A program made the position numbers and the translations under genes. The notes below the pieces were generated by a model. It did no database searches and had not been told where the DNA came from. It worked only from the letters and a program-made list of their open reading frames with translations. A stretch of 64,000 bases of DNA. It comes from an uncultured Lachnospiraceae bacterium (GTDB lineage: Bacteria > Bacillota > Clostridia > Lachnospirales > Lachnospiraceae). The stretch covers positions 8,705 through 72,704 of the forward strand of contig ONDV01000006.1 in NCBI GenBank assembly GCA_900316665.1. Reading direction: 5' to 3'. Below are positions 27,565-36,932 of the stretch, one piece after another; position 1 is the stretch's first letter; every line of letters starts with the position of its first letter.

Positions 27565-29585
27565 ATTTAATCAGTTTATTCAGCGGTTGCGGCGGTCTTG
27601 ATTTGGGCTTTGAAAAAGCCGGATTCAATATTCCTGTAGCAAACGAATTTGATAAAACGATTTGGCCAACATTCAAGGCTAATCACCCTAACACGCACCT
27701 TATTGAAGGCGATGTGCGAAATATTAACAAAGCCGATATTGCAGAATATCTTAACGGTGAAGTAGATGGCATTATTGGCGGCCCGCCTTGTCAGTCATGG
27801 TCAGAAGCCGGATCGCTAAAAGGCATAAATGATGAACGCGGTCAGCTTTTCTTTGACTATATCCGGATTTTGAAAGAATTCAAGCCTAAGTTCTTTCTTG
27901 CTGAAAATGTCAGCGGTATGCTTGCCGATAGACATTCCGATGCGGTAAGAAACATTCTTGATATGTTTGAAGATGCCGGTTATACAGTTACTTTCACAAT
28001 GGTAAATGCCAAGGATTACGGTGTTGCAGAAGAAAGAAAGCGTGTTTTCTATATTGGTTTCAGAAAAGATTTGAATATTGATTTTCAATTTCCTAAAGGC
28101 TCTACAACGGACGACAAAAAGAAACTTACATTAAAAGACGTCATTTGGGATTTGCAGGATACAGCCGTGCCGTCAGGGGATAAAAACCACCATAACCCGG
28201 CTGCCATAAACAACAACGAATATTTTACAGGCGCATTTTCGCCTATATTCATGAGTCGTAACCGCGTTAAGAGTTGGGACGAACAAGCTTTCACGGTTCA
28301 AGCTTCAGGGCGCCAATGTCAGCTGCACCCGCAAGCCCCGAAAATGTTGAAAGTAGGCAAGAACGATTGTCGTTTCGTACCGGGGCAAGAAAGCTTGTAT
28401 CGCCGAATGACGATAAGAGAAATTGCAAGAATTCAAGGATTTCCGGATGATTTTGTATTCCTTTATGACGATACTAATACGGCATATAAAATGATTGGAA
28501 ACGCTGTTCCTGTAAATTTAGCTTACGAAATAGCCGTTGCAATCAAAAAGGACCTTGAAGGACGTCAGGATGAAGTTGTACCGGCAGAAAACAGTATCGA
28601 CGCAAAGGAGATGAACAGAGTTAAAATGAGTACAAGAAGCAATGACCAGGGACGTGCTTATGAATACGCATGGATTAAAACCCTGTACAAGGCACTCCAC
28701 GAATTACGGAAAACGCGAATTCTGAATAATTCAAGCTATATAGCGAATGAAAAGGCATGGAATTCTATTGATTCCGATTTGCGGGAAACCTATATTATTT
28801 CTGCTAATGCCGCCGTTGACACCGTTCTTGAATTGGAACCGAAAATGACGGAACCCGGTGATGATGAACTTACGCTTGAATTTCAGAAAGACGACGCCGG
28901 GAAACGCGGGGACGTGCGCGACATTCTTATAAAGCGCGATAACGCGCAATGGGAAATTGGATTAAGTATCAAGCATAATCATGACGCCGCAAAGCATAGC
29001 CGTTTAAGCCATAAGCTTGATTTTGGTAAGGAATGGTATGGACAGTCCTGTGACAGCACTTATTGGGACGCAATCAAGCCTGTTTTTGACCGTTTGTCTG
29101 TCGAAAAGGAAAACGGCACGAAATGGTCTGAAATCCCGGATAAGGATGACAGCGTTTATTATCCGCTGTTAGACGCATTCATGCATGAAGTACAGCGGGC
29201 TTATGAAAATGACAGTAACTTGCCGCAAAAGATGATTGAATATCTTATCGGTATTGAAGATTATTATAAGATAGTAAGTCACGATAGTCAGCGTTTAACG
29301 CTTATTCATACTTTCAATATTCATGATACTTTGAATAAGCCCAGCACAATAAAAGTATCCGCAATTACTGTTCCTGTCGTTTCACTCCCGACAGAATTGA
29401 TTGCTATAAAGCATAAGACGGGCAGCAAAAACACAGTAGAAGCATATTTTAACAACGGATGGCAGTTAAGCTTCAGGATTCACAACGCTTCAACAAAGGT
29501 TGAACCCAGTCTGAAATTTGACATTCAGTTTATCGGAATGCCGGTAAGTATTCTTAACATTGAATGCCATTGGAACAAGCAGTAA
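27561..29585 (+). CDS. Fused HaeIII-like DNA (cytosine-5)-methyltransferase and HaeIII-family restriction endonuclease
   Basis: m5C motifs FSGCGG, GPPCQ, ENV, RKRVF, GNAVP and the target-recognition segment IFMSRNRV...[16 protein letters not shown], as recalled for M.HaeIII; from aa ~356, SNDQGRAYE...GDVRD...EIGLSIKH (endonuclease). Confidence 0.85.
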   Translation: MNLISLFSGCGGLDLGFEKAGFNIPVANEFDKTIWPTFKANHPNTHLIEGDVRNINKADIAEYLNGEVDGIIGGPPCQSWSEAGSLKGINDERGQLFFDYIRILKEFKPKFFLAENVSGMLADRHSDAVRNILDMFEDAGYTVTFTMVNAKDYGVAEERKRVFYIGFRKDLNIDFQFPKGSTTDDKKKLTLKDVIWDLQDTAVPSGDKNHHNPAAINNNEYFTGAFSPIFMSRNRVKSWDEQAFTVQASGRQCQLHPQAPKMLKVGKNDCRFVPGQESLYRRMTIREIARIQGFPDDFVFLYDDTNTAYKMIGNAVPVNLAYEIAVAIKKDLEGRQDEVVPAENSIDAKEMNRVKMSTRSNDQGRAYEYAWIKTLYKALHELRKTRILNNSSYIANEKAWNSIDSDLRETYIISANAAVDTVLELEPKMTEPGDDELTLEFQKDDAGKRGDVRDILIKRDNAQWEIGLSIKHNHDAAKHSRLSHKLDFGKEWYGQSCDSTYWDAIKPVFDRLSVEKENGTKWSEIPDKDDSVYYPLLDAFMHEVQRAYENDSNLPQKMIEYLIGIEDYYKIVSHDSQRLTLIHTFNIHDTLNKPSTIKVSAITVPVVSLPTELIAIKHKTGSKNTVEAYFNNGWQLSFRIHNASTKVEPSLKFDIQFIGMPVSILNIECHWNKQ

Positions 29586-29617
29586 AAACTCAAAAGAAAT
29601 TTTTGGTAAATTTTTAC

Positions 29618-29646
29618 GGTGGACGTTTAAGCGTCTGCCGTTTTTC
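29618..29646 (+). terminator. Probable terminator after R-M fusion
   Basis: GGTGGACG-TTTAAG-CGTCTGCC stem (with G-U pairs) followed by GTTTTT. Confidence 0.65.
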
Positions 29647-29774
29647 ATTTCTGCCGCTTGCTGAAATGCGGGATTTTTCTGATATAGGTATTTATGATAT
29701 CAGGCAATTAAATGCAAGTATTAGCATATAGCATCTGATTATTCTATACTCTGTCTGAAACGAGAGGAAATGAT

Positions 29775-31655
29775 ATGGCAAACACACATATAGAAGTCAG
29801 AAAATATCATACCGATGTCCTGATAATAGGCGGCGGGACAGCAGGCTGTTACGCAGCGGCGCTTCTTGGAGAAAAGACAGACCTTAAAGTCCTGATTGCA
29901 GAGAAGGCGGGGATCATGAGAAGCGGCTGTCTGGCTGCTGGAGTGAACGCATTGAACTGCTATATAACCGATGGTCACACGCCGGATGATTATGTGGAAT
30001 ATTCGAGGCAGGACGGAGAGGGCATAATCAGAGACGACCTCGTGAGATCATTCGCTGAAAGGGTAAATGACATTACTCATGACCTGGAGAAGCGAGGCCT
30101 TGTGATCTTAAAGGACGAGAACGGAAACTATGCGACAAGAGGCTGGCGGAATATAAAAATAAATGGAGAAAACATTAAGCCAATCCTCGCAAAAGCTGCG
30201 CTTGAGTCAGAAAATGTATCGGTTCTCGAACATGTAAATATTACTGATCTGAAGATATCGGACGGAAACGGGAATATTGCAGCAGGAGCGGATCTGAATG
30301 CATCGGCGGAAGATGATATAGAAGTAACCGGAGCTGTAGGCTTCTCAGTCCGTGAGAACGTGGCTTTTGATATTGACGCAAAAGCAGTGCTGATAGCGAC
30401 CGGCGGAGCGGCAGGTCTCTACCGGCCGAATAATCCGGGATTTTCACGGCATAAGATGTGGTATCCGCCATTTAATACCGGAGCCGGATATGCCATGGGA
30501 ATAATGTCCGGAGCTGAAATGACTACCATGGAAGACAGGTTCGTGGCGCTTCGCTGCAAGGACACAATAGCTCCGACAGGAACCATAGCCCAGGGAGTGA
30601 ATGCTTCTCAGGTCAATTCCAATGGCGAGGTCTATGATGACAGATACGGACGAAAGACTGCCGACAGAATATACGGTACCGTACAGGAGAACAGAGCCGG
30701 AAGAGGTCCATGCTTCCTGAAGACAAGCGGTATTTCTAAAGCAATAGAAGACGATCTCTATAAGGCCTATCTCAACATGGCGCCGTCGCAGACACTTCGC
30801 TGGATAGAATCCGGTCAGGGACCGTCTGCAATAGATACGGAGATAGAAGGAACCGAGCCCTATGTGACAGGCGGTCATACGGCCGGAGGCTTCTGGGTGG
30901 ACAGCGGCAGAAGGACTACCGTAAAGAATCTCTACGCAGCCGGTGATGTGGCAGGAGGCGCTCCTCAGAAATATGTGACCGGAGCTCTTGCCGAAGGAGA
31001 GATAGCCGCAGAAAGCATAATTAATGATCTTAAGGTATCGGATCTAAGAGAAAGTGAGACATCAGCTGATGCCATAATAAAGTCATATGAAGCATTCCTT
31101 AATAATAATGATTCTTTTATCTCAATCGACGAAGCTGAAGAGGCAATGCAGAAAATTATGGATGAATATGCGGGCGGTATCAGGAATGATTATCAATATA
31201 ATGAGAAGGGACTTTCTATTGCAGAGAACAAAATCAGAAAGCTGATGGAGATGCTTCCTTCCCTGAAAGCGGATGATATGTTTGACCTGCTTCATATTTT
31301 TGAAATAAAAGACAGGCTCTGGGTCTGTCTGGACCTGATTTATCACATGAGAGCAAGGAAAGAGACAAGGTGGCATATATTCGGAGAGAATGCGAGCCAT
31401 CCTAAGAGGGACAGGAGATACGATTTATATGTCAATTCCATTTTGAGGAATGGAAAGATAGAGATAATATTCAGACCTCTTGTAAAGTCGGATTCTTATT
31501 CTCATACCAAGGCGACTTCCATAGCTGATCCTGAATCCGTAGAGCCGGCGAGAGGTGAATCCGGAGAACCGGAATTATATCCAAAAGAAAAAAGTGAAGC
31601 CAGAGATTTGAAAGAAGATATAAAAGCCGGAGCGATGAAAGGAGGCAGGTCTTGA
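29775..31655 (+). CDS. aprA: Adenylylsulfate (APS) reductase alpha subunit-like flavoprotein
   Basis: IIGGGTAG FAD motif, RSGCLAAGVNALN, INGENIKP, ATGGAAG, WYPPFNTGAG; upstream of ferredoxin and cysDN. Confidence 0.88.
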   Translation: MANTHIEVRKYHTDVLIIGGGTAGCYAAALLGEKTDLKVLIAEKAGIMRSGCLAAGVNALNCYITDGHTPDDYVEYSRQDGEGIIRDDLVRSFAERVNDITHDLEKRGLVILKDENGNYATRGWRNIKINGENIKPILAKAALESENVSVLEHVNITDLKISDGNGNIAAGADLNASAEDDIEVTGAVGFSVRENVAFDIDAKAVLIATGGAAGLYRPNNPGFSRHKMWYPPFNTGAGYAMGIMSGAEMTTMEDRFVALRCKDTIAPTGTIAQGVNASQVNSNGEVYDDRYGRKTADRIYGTVQENRAGRGPCFLKTSGISKAIEDDLYKAYLNMAPSQTLRWIESGQGPSAIDTEIEGTEPYVTGGHTAGGFWVDSGRRTTVKNLYAAGDVAGGAPQKYVTGALAEGEIAAESIINDLKVSDLRESETSADAIIKSYEAFLNNNDSFISIDEAEEAMQKIMDEYAGGIRNDYQYNEKGLSIAENKIRKLMEMLPSLKADDMFDLLHIFEIKDRLWVCLDLIYHMRARKETRWHIFGENASHPKRDRRYDLYVNSILRNGKIEIIFRPLVKSDSYSHTKATSIADPESVEPARGESGEPELYPKEKSEARDLKEDIKAGAMKGGRS

Positions 31656-31960
31656 GCATAACAATAGACAGATCGATCTGCATATCCTGTATGAGATGCG
31701 CCGATGCCTGTCCCGGGAATCTGATATGGAAAAAAGACGGGAAAGCTGATATCAGAATTCCATCAGACTGCTGGGGATGTACATCCTGCATGAAGGTATG
31801 CCCGGCGGGAGCAATCAGATTTCGGCTGGGAGCTGATATAGGCGGAACAGGAGCTTATATGACTTATAAGAAAGAAGGCCATACGGGCAGATGGACAGTT
31901 TTTAACAAGGGCTCGTCCGAGACCATAGAAGTTGATGACAGAAGTTCCAATAAATATTAG
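31652..31960 (+). CDS. aprB: APS reductase beta subunit-like 2x[4Fe-4S] ferredoxin
   Basis: CISCMRCADACP and CWGCTSCMKVCP; TTG start after GGAGG. Confidence 0.85.
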   Translation: MSITIDRSICISCMRCADACPGNLIWKKDGKADIRIPSDCWGCTSCMKVCPAGAIRFRLGADIGGTGAYMTYKKEGHTGRWTVFNKGSSETIEVDDRSSNKY

Positions 31961-31972
31961 AGAGGGATCAAA

Positions 31973-32881
31973 ATGAGTCAGTTATCACATCTTGATAAGC
32001 TGGAAGCGGAGGCTATATATATTATCCGCGAGGTGGCGGCTGAATGCGAGAAGCCGGTCATGCTTTATTCCATAGGAAAGGACAGCACGGTTATGCTGCA
32101 TCTGGCACTTAAGGCCTTTTATCCTGAAAAGCCGCCTTTCCCTTTTCTCCATGTCAATACGACATGGAAGTTTCACGAAATGATAGAATTCCGTGATGCC
32201 CAGGCGAAAAAGTACGGTATCAATATGATCGAGTGGATCAATCAGGACGGAGTCAAGGCAGGCATTAATCCTTTTGACAATGGCGCTGCATATACGGATA
32301 TCATGAAGACTCAGGCTCTGAAACAGGCGCTGGCAACGTATGGTTTTACCGCAGCGTTCGGCGGCGGCAGAAGGGACGAAGAAAAGAGCCGTGCCAAGGA
32401 AAGAATTTTTTCATTCAGAAATTCCGCCCAGGCCTGGGATCCGAAAAATCAGCGGCCAGAGATGTGGAAACTTTATAATACCAGAATCAATAAAGGCGAA
32501 AGCATCCGTGTCTTCCCTCTGTCCAACTGGACCGAGAAGGACATATGGCAGTACATTCAGCGCGAGAATCTGGAGATAGTATCCCTCTATTACGCAAAGG
32601 AACGCCCCTGCATAGAGCGTGACGGCAACATCATTATGGTAGATGACGACAGGATAGTAAAGAAGCTGGATCTAAAGCCGTCGGACATACAGCATAAAAA
32701 AATCAGATTCAGAACGCTCGGCTGCTATCCTCTGACAGGAGGATTTGAATCCGACGCAGATACATTGGATTCCATAGTGGAAGAGACGCTTGGAGCTGTA
32801 GAATCCGAGAGAACCAGCCGTGTCATCGATCATGACGGCTCGGCCAGCATGGAGAGACGTAAGAGAGAGGGGTATTTCTAA
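31973..32881 (+). CDS. cysD: Sulfate adenylyltransferase subunit 2
   Basis: [40 protein letters not shown], terminal REGYF. Confidence 0.97.
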   Translation: MSQLSHLDKLEAEAIYIIREVAAECEKPVMLYSIGKDSTVMLHLALKAFYPEKPPFPFLHVNTTWKFHEMIEFRDAQAKKYGINMIEWINQDGVKAGINPFDNGAAYTDIMKTQALKQALATYGFTAAFGGGRRDEEKSRAKERIFSFRNSAQAWDPKNQRPEMWKLYNTRINKGESIRVFPLSNWTEKDIWQYIQRENLEIVSLYYAKERPCIERDGNIIMVDDDRIVKKLDLKPSDIQHKKIRFRTLGCYPLTGGFESDADTLDSIVEETLGAVESERTSRVIDHDGSASMERRKREGYF

Positions 32882-32882
32882 G

Positions 32883-34532
32883 ATGAGCGGACTTTTAAAA
32901 TTTATTACATGCGGAAGTGTGGATGACGGTAAGTCAACTCTCATCGGACATCTGCTTTATGACGCAAAGCTTATATATGCGGATCAGGAAGAAGCGCTCC
33001 AGCTCGATTCCAAGGTCGGTTCCAGAGGCGGAAAGATCGACTATTCCCTGCTATTAGACGGGCTGATGGCTGAGAGAGAGCAGGGCATTACTATAGACGT
33101 GGCCTACAGATATTTTACGACTGATAAAAGAAGTTTCATCTGCGCTGACACCCCGGGTCATGAGGAATACACAAGAAATATGGCCTGCGGCGCATCGTTC
33201 GCTGAGCTTGCGATCATCCTTCTTGACGCGACAAAGGGTGTCCTGGTCCAGACCAGACGGCATGCAAGGATCTGCGCTTTGATGGGAATCAGATATTTTG
33301 TATTTGCTGTAAATAAGATGGATCTCGTGGATTATTCCGGGGAGAGATTCAAGGAGATCGAGCAAGAGATCAACGAGCTTAAAAAGGAACTTGACCTTTA
33401 TAATATTCAGATCATTCCTGTATCCGCTACCGAGGGCGACAATATCACAAAACGCTCTGACAAGATGGACTGGTACAGAGGACCTGTCCTTCTCGATTAT
33501 CTGGAGACAGTGGACACGGGATCAGGCAATGAATCCGGACAGGGATTTTATATGCCGGTACAGAGAGTCTGCCGTCCCAATCATGAATTCCGAGGATTCG
33601 AAGGTCAGATTGAACACGGTCAGATCAAGACCGGTGACAGCATAAGATCTCTTCCCAGCGGTGAAGAGGCTCATGTAAAGAGCATACTTGTCGCAGATCG
33701 TGAAAGTGATTCGGCAGTATCCGGTCAGCCTGTCACTATTCAGCTCGACCGTGAAGTGGATGTATCGAGGGGCTGCGTGCTTGAATCAGGCACGAGTCTT
33801 AAGACAGCTGATCTGTTTGAGACAGAGATTCTCTGGATGGATGACGATGAGCTGAAGGTCGGGAGAAATTTCCTTGTGAAACTGGCGACTAGGCTGATTC
33901 CCGGAATCGTGACAGAAATCGAGTATTCGATCGATGTAAATACCGGCGAAAGGAAGAAGACAGACACGCTTAAGAAAAATGAGATCGCCATGGTAAAGGT
34001 GGCTGTTACAGAGCAGGTGATAGCATCTGTATTCGGCGAATACAATACCATGGGTGAACTTATTCTTATCGACAGAATATCCAATATGACATCAGCCTGC
34101 GGAGTCATAAGGAAACTTCTGGACAATAAGAAAAAATCTGTGAAAGCTGATGTGGCGTCAAGAAGCGCTCTTAACTGGCAGACACCTGCTGTAATTGAAT
34201 TTGATCCTGCAGAGGATAATACCGATATTGACACGATAGCAGAAGCTGAATATCTTCTGGTGAGAAACGGCAGACATACATATCTCTACAGACCGCATGC
34301 CGGCGAGGATTATGTGACTACTGTACACCACCTTTATAACGCGGGACTTATAGTTCTTCTGGTTCTGGATGACGGAGTAAGGGCAAGCGACTCTCTCATT
34401 AATGATGAGCACTATAAGACATGGAGCTCTATCTGTGATGGAAGTGCTGTGTCGGCAGAAGAAATTTATGCTAAGATATTCCATATGACTCCCTCTGGAA
34501 TGACCATCGATAATAATAACTGGGTCATCTGA
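32883..34532 (+). CDS. cysN: Sulfate adenylyltransferase subunit 1 (GTPase) with degenerate CysC-like tail
   Basis: CGSVDDGKST, EREQGITID, DTPGH, NKMD; ATG 32883 directly follows the cysD stop. Confidence 0.95.
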   Translation: MSGLLKFITCGSVDDGKSTLIGHLLYDAKLIYADQEEALQLDSKVGSRGGKIDYSLLLDGLMAEREQGITIDVAYRYFTTDKRSFICADTPGHEEYTRNMACGASFAELAIILLDATKGVLVQTRRHARICALMGIRYFVFAVNKMDLVDYSGERFKEIEQEINELKKELDLYNIQIIPVSATEGDNITKRSDKMDWYRGPVLLDYLETVDTGSGNESGQGFYMPVQRVCRPNHEFRGFEGQIEHGQIKTGDSIRSLPSGEEAHVKSILVADRESDSAVSGQPVTIQLDREVDVSRGCVLESGTSLKTADLFETEILWMDDDELKVGRNFLVKLATRLIPGIVTEIEYSIDVNTGERKKTDTLKKNEIAMVKVAVTEQVIASVFGEYNTMGELILIDRISNMTSACGVIRKLLDNKKKSVKADVASRSALNWQTPAVIEFDPAEDNTDIDTIAEAEYLLVRNGRHTYLYRPHAGEDYVTTVHHLYNAGLIVLLVLDDGVRASDSLINDEHYKTWSSICDGSAVSAEEIYAKIFHMTPSGMTIDNNNWVI

Positions 34533-34623
34533 CAGAGCACAGGAATGATGTTAATAAAGGGGTATTTAAGTGTACCGAAATGACAATTAAAAACCGCTCA
34601 GATGGTGAAAAAGGAGATAAAAA

Positions 34624-35214
34624 ATGGAAAAAATAAGGGCAAGATCCGGCATTCGCGCCTCAGAAATAGCATACTGCGGAATGTTCGCGGCTCTTATGAC
34701 GGCAGGAGCTAAATTAAATATCGTGCTTCCTATCGGAACCGGAGTCACTATTTCGCTTCAGATATTGTTTGCTGTTATGGCAGGACTCATACTTGGCGCA
34801 AAGGACGGTCTTATAAGTGTTCTCATATATCTTGTGATAGGTCTCTTCGGGATACCTGTATATGCGCACGGCGGCGGACCTGCTTATGTCCTTAAGCCCA
34901 CATATGGTTTCCTTATCGGATTTGCGGCAGCTGCATGGCTTTCAGGTTTTATTTCGAGCCGCTTTAAAAAGAAGACACTTCTTTCATTTCTGATAGCGGG
35001 TGAGATAGGAATGCTTTCATATTATGTCTGCGGACTTTTATATTTCTATCTTATGTCGAATGTATTTCTTGCGGATGTCCCGAACATAGGAATTATGGAG
35101 CTTTTCACGGTATGGTTTTTAAGCACTGCCGGTGTTGACGCTCTGATAGCGGGAGCAGGATCGGCTCTTGCTGTAAGGATTTCGCCCGCCATAGACAGGA
35201 TAAGAATCAGATGA
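34624..35214 (+). CDS. bioY: BioY family ECF S-component
   Basis: ISLQILFAVMAGLILG, GLFGIPVY, PTYGFLIGF. Confidence 0.85.
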   Translation: MEKIRARSGIRASEIAYCGMFAALMTAGAKLNIVLPIGTGVTISLQILFAVMAGLILGAKDGLISVLIYLVIGLFGIPVYAHGGGPAYVLKPTYGFLIGFAAAAWLSGFISSRFKKKTLLSFLIAGEIGMLSYYVCGLLYFYLMSNVFLADVPNIGIMELFTVWFLSTAGVDALIAGAGSALAVRISPAIDRIRIR

Positions 35215-35828
35215 CATATTATCCATTTTACATGAATATTGATAATAAAAAGTGGCTTATCGTAGGCGGAGGCACTGTGGCGGCTGGCAGGTTCAGCCGC
35301 CTTCTTGAATTTACGGATAAGATTACGGTTATGTCGCCGGAGATTTCTTCCGACATAATAAATAAAGCCGGGGGTACTGTCCGCCTCATTAAATCTGAAT
35401 ATGAACCGTCTGTTCTTAAGGATGCGGATATATGTCTGGCAGCTACATCGGATCATCTGCTGAACCGGAAGATAGCCATGGACTGCAGGAAAGAGCATAT
35501 CCTGGTGAACGCATCGGACGATCCGAAATTCTGTGATTTTATTTTTCCCGCAGTGCTGAAAAAAGGAAATCTGACCGTCAGCGTGTCCACGGGCGGCAGC
35601 AGTCCCCGATTCGCATCGCTTCTCCGCGACAGGATCAGTGATATAATACCTGGCGATACAGAAGAGATACTCGACAAGATGATGGAGATAAGGACTATCT
35701 TAAATAATGACCGGCTTGAAAGCGATGAGAGAAGGATAGTTATAAAAAATGCTCTCGATATTCTGATCGCGGAGAACGGAGAGCCGTCAATAGAAGATGT
35801 CTTATTAAGATCGGGATATAATCTATGA
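35211..35828 (+). CDS. sirC: Precorrin-2 dehydrogenase/sirohydrochlorin ferrochelatase (CysG N-terminal/SirC/Met8 type)
   Basis: YYPFYM, VGGGTVA, VNASDDP..CDFIFPA, VSTGGSSP. Confidence 0.9.
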   Translation: MTYYPFYMNIDNKKWLIVGGGTVAAGRFSRLLEFTDKITVMSPEISSDIINKAGGTVRLIKSEYEPSVLKDADICLAATSDHLLNRKIAMDCRKEHILVNASDDPKFCDFIFPAVLKKGNLTVSVSTGGSSPRFASLLRDRISDIIPGDTEEILDKMMEIRTILNNDRLESDERRIVIKNALDILIAENGEPSIEDVLLRSGYNL

Positions 35829-36682
35829 AAAAAATAATACTTGCATCACGCGGCAGCAGGCTGTCCCGGACGCAGACGGATCTGGCAGCAGCCGCGCTTT
35901 CAGAAAAAGGCATTGAGTGCAGCCGCCTTATAGTAAAAACAAGAGGCGACATAGATAGAAACGGCGACTTATCAAAAATAGGCGGAGACGGTCTCTTTGT
36001 ACGGGAGATAGAGAGAGTAGTTTTATCAAAAGATGCCGATGCGGCAGTCCACAGTGCAAAGGATCTGCCATATTCTCTTATGGATAATATGATGATCGGC
36101 GCTACACTGCCGGCGGCGGATTCATCTGACTGTCTTGTGATGAGGAAAGACTGTAAAGACATTAAAATAATCGGAACCGGGAGTGCGAGAAGGGCATTCT
36201 CCATAAAAAGACTTTATCCACTCTGTACTGTGAAAAATATAAGGGGCAATGTGGAGACCAGGCTGGGAAAGCTTTTATCAGGCGAATATGACGCCATAGT
36301 CCTGGCAGCTGCCGGGATGGAAAGACTTGGGATCGACTTAAGGGATTTCTATGTCAGAAAGTTTTCTCCGGATGAAATGGTACCCTCGTGCGGACAGGGG
36401 ATAATAGCCATTGAATGCAGGGCGGATGATTATGAGATTATTGAGATCCTGAAGACAATAGATTCTGAGAATGCGAGAAAGAGGCTTACTTCCGAGAGAT
36501 GTCTTTTCAGGATGATAGGAGCTGACTGCTCTGTAGCTGCCGGGGCTCACGCTGAGATCGACGGAGATGATCTGACGCTTTACGGCATGTTTGAAGGAAA
36601 AACTGTATGCCTGCACGGGAAATTTTCTGATTATGAAGATATATGCGCTGATGCGGCCGGAAGACTTCGCCTCAATTCATGA
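35825..36682 (+). CDS. hemC: Hydroxymethylbilane synthase
   Basis: ASRGSRLS, VKTRGD, GLFVREIE, AVHSAKDLP, GTGSARR, IRGNVETRL, DCSV. Confidence 0.95.
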   Translation: MKKIILASRGSRLSRTQTDLAAAALSEKGIECSRLIVKTRGDIDRNGDLSKIGGDGLFVREIERVVLSKDADAAVHSAKDLPYSLMDNMMIGATLPAADSSDCLVMRKDCKDIKIIGTGSARRAFSIKRLYPLCTVKNIRGNVETRLGKLLSGEYDAIVLAAAGMERLGIDLRDFYVRKFSPDEMVPSCGQGIIAIECRADDYEIIEILKTIDSENARKRLTSERCLFRMIGADCSVAAGAHAEIDGDDLTLYGMFEGKTVCLHGKFSDYEDICADAAGRLRLNS

Positions 36683-36742
36683 TGAAGTTTCAGTTTCTGA
36701 TATAAAGGCAATCATGGTAAATAACGATATAGGGTTCTGACT

Positions 36743-36860
36743 AAAACTTCCATTCGATAAAGTGGAACTTCGTTGCAAAGGATTCATGGAAGCCATGAGA
36801 TGCACAGATGGTGGCGAACATTGTGTTTTTCGTCGTGAGCGAGCACGCTAGCTGCGGCTC
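36743..36860. repeat. Structured ~120-bp intergenic element (possible dispersed repeat)
   Basis: TTCCA-TTCGATAAAG-TGGAA hairpin and GAGCGAGCACGCTAGCTGCGGCTC end; resembles a Lachnospiraceae intergenic repeat from memory; single copy in this window. Confidence 0.4.
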
Positions 36861-36932
36861 GGTTGAAGATGGTTAATGAAGGCTGAGACTATGGATGAGA
36901 AGTCTCGGCAGGTACAAAATAGAGGAGTCTGT

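Noticed and set aside
27561-29585. Avoidance of GGCC within the R-M cassette as support for specificity
   Set aside because: GGCC occurs in the cassette (near 27664 and 27780) and elsewhere; uninformative without counts
32820-32882. Longer ORF-track starts (also 16834, 36876, 45124, 53751, 54385)
   Set aside because: They overlap upstream genes or lack an RBS; downstream starts with better RBS or coupling were chosen
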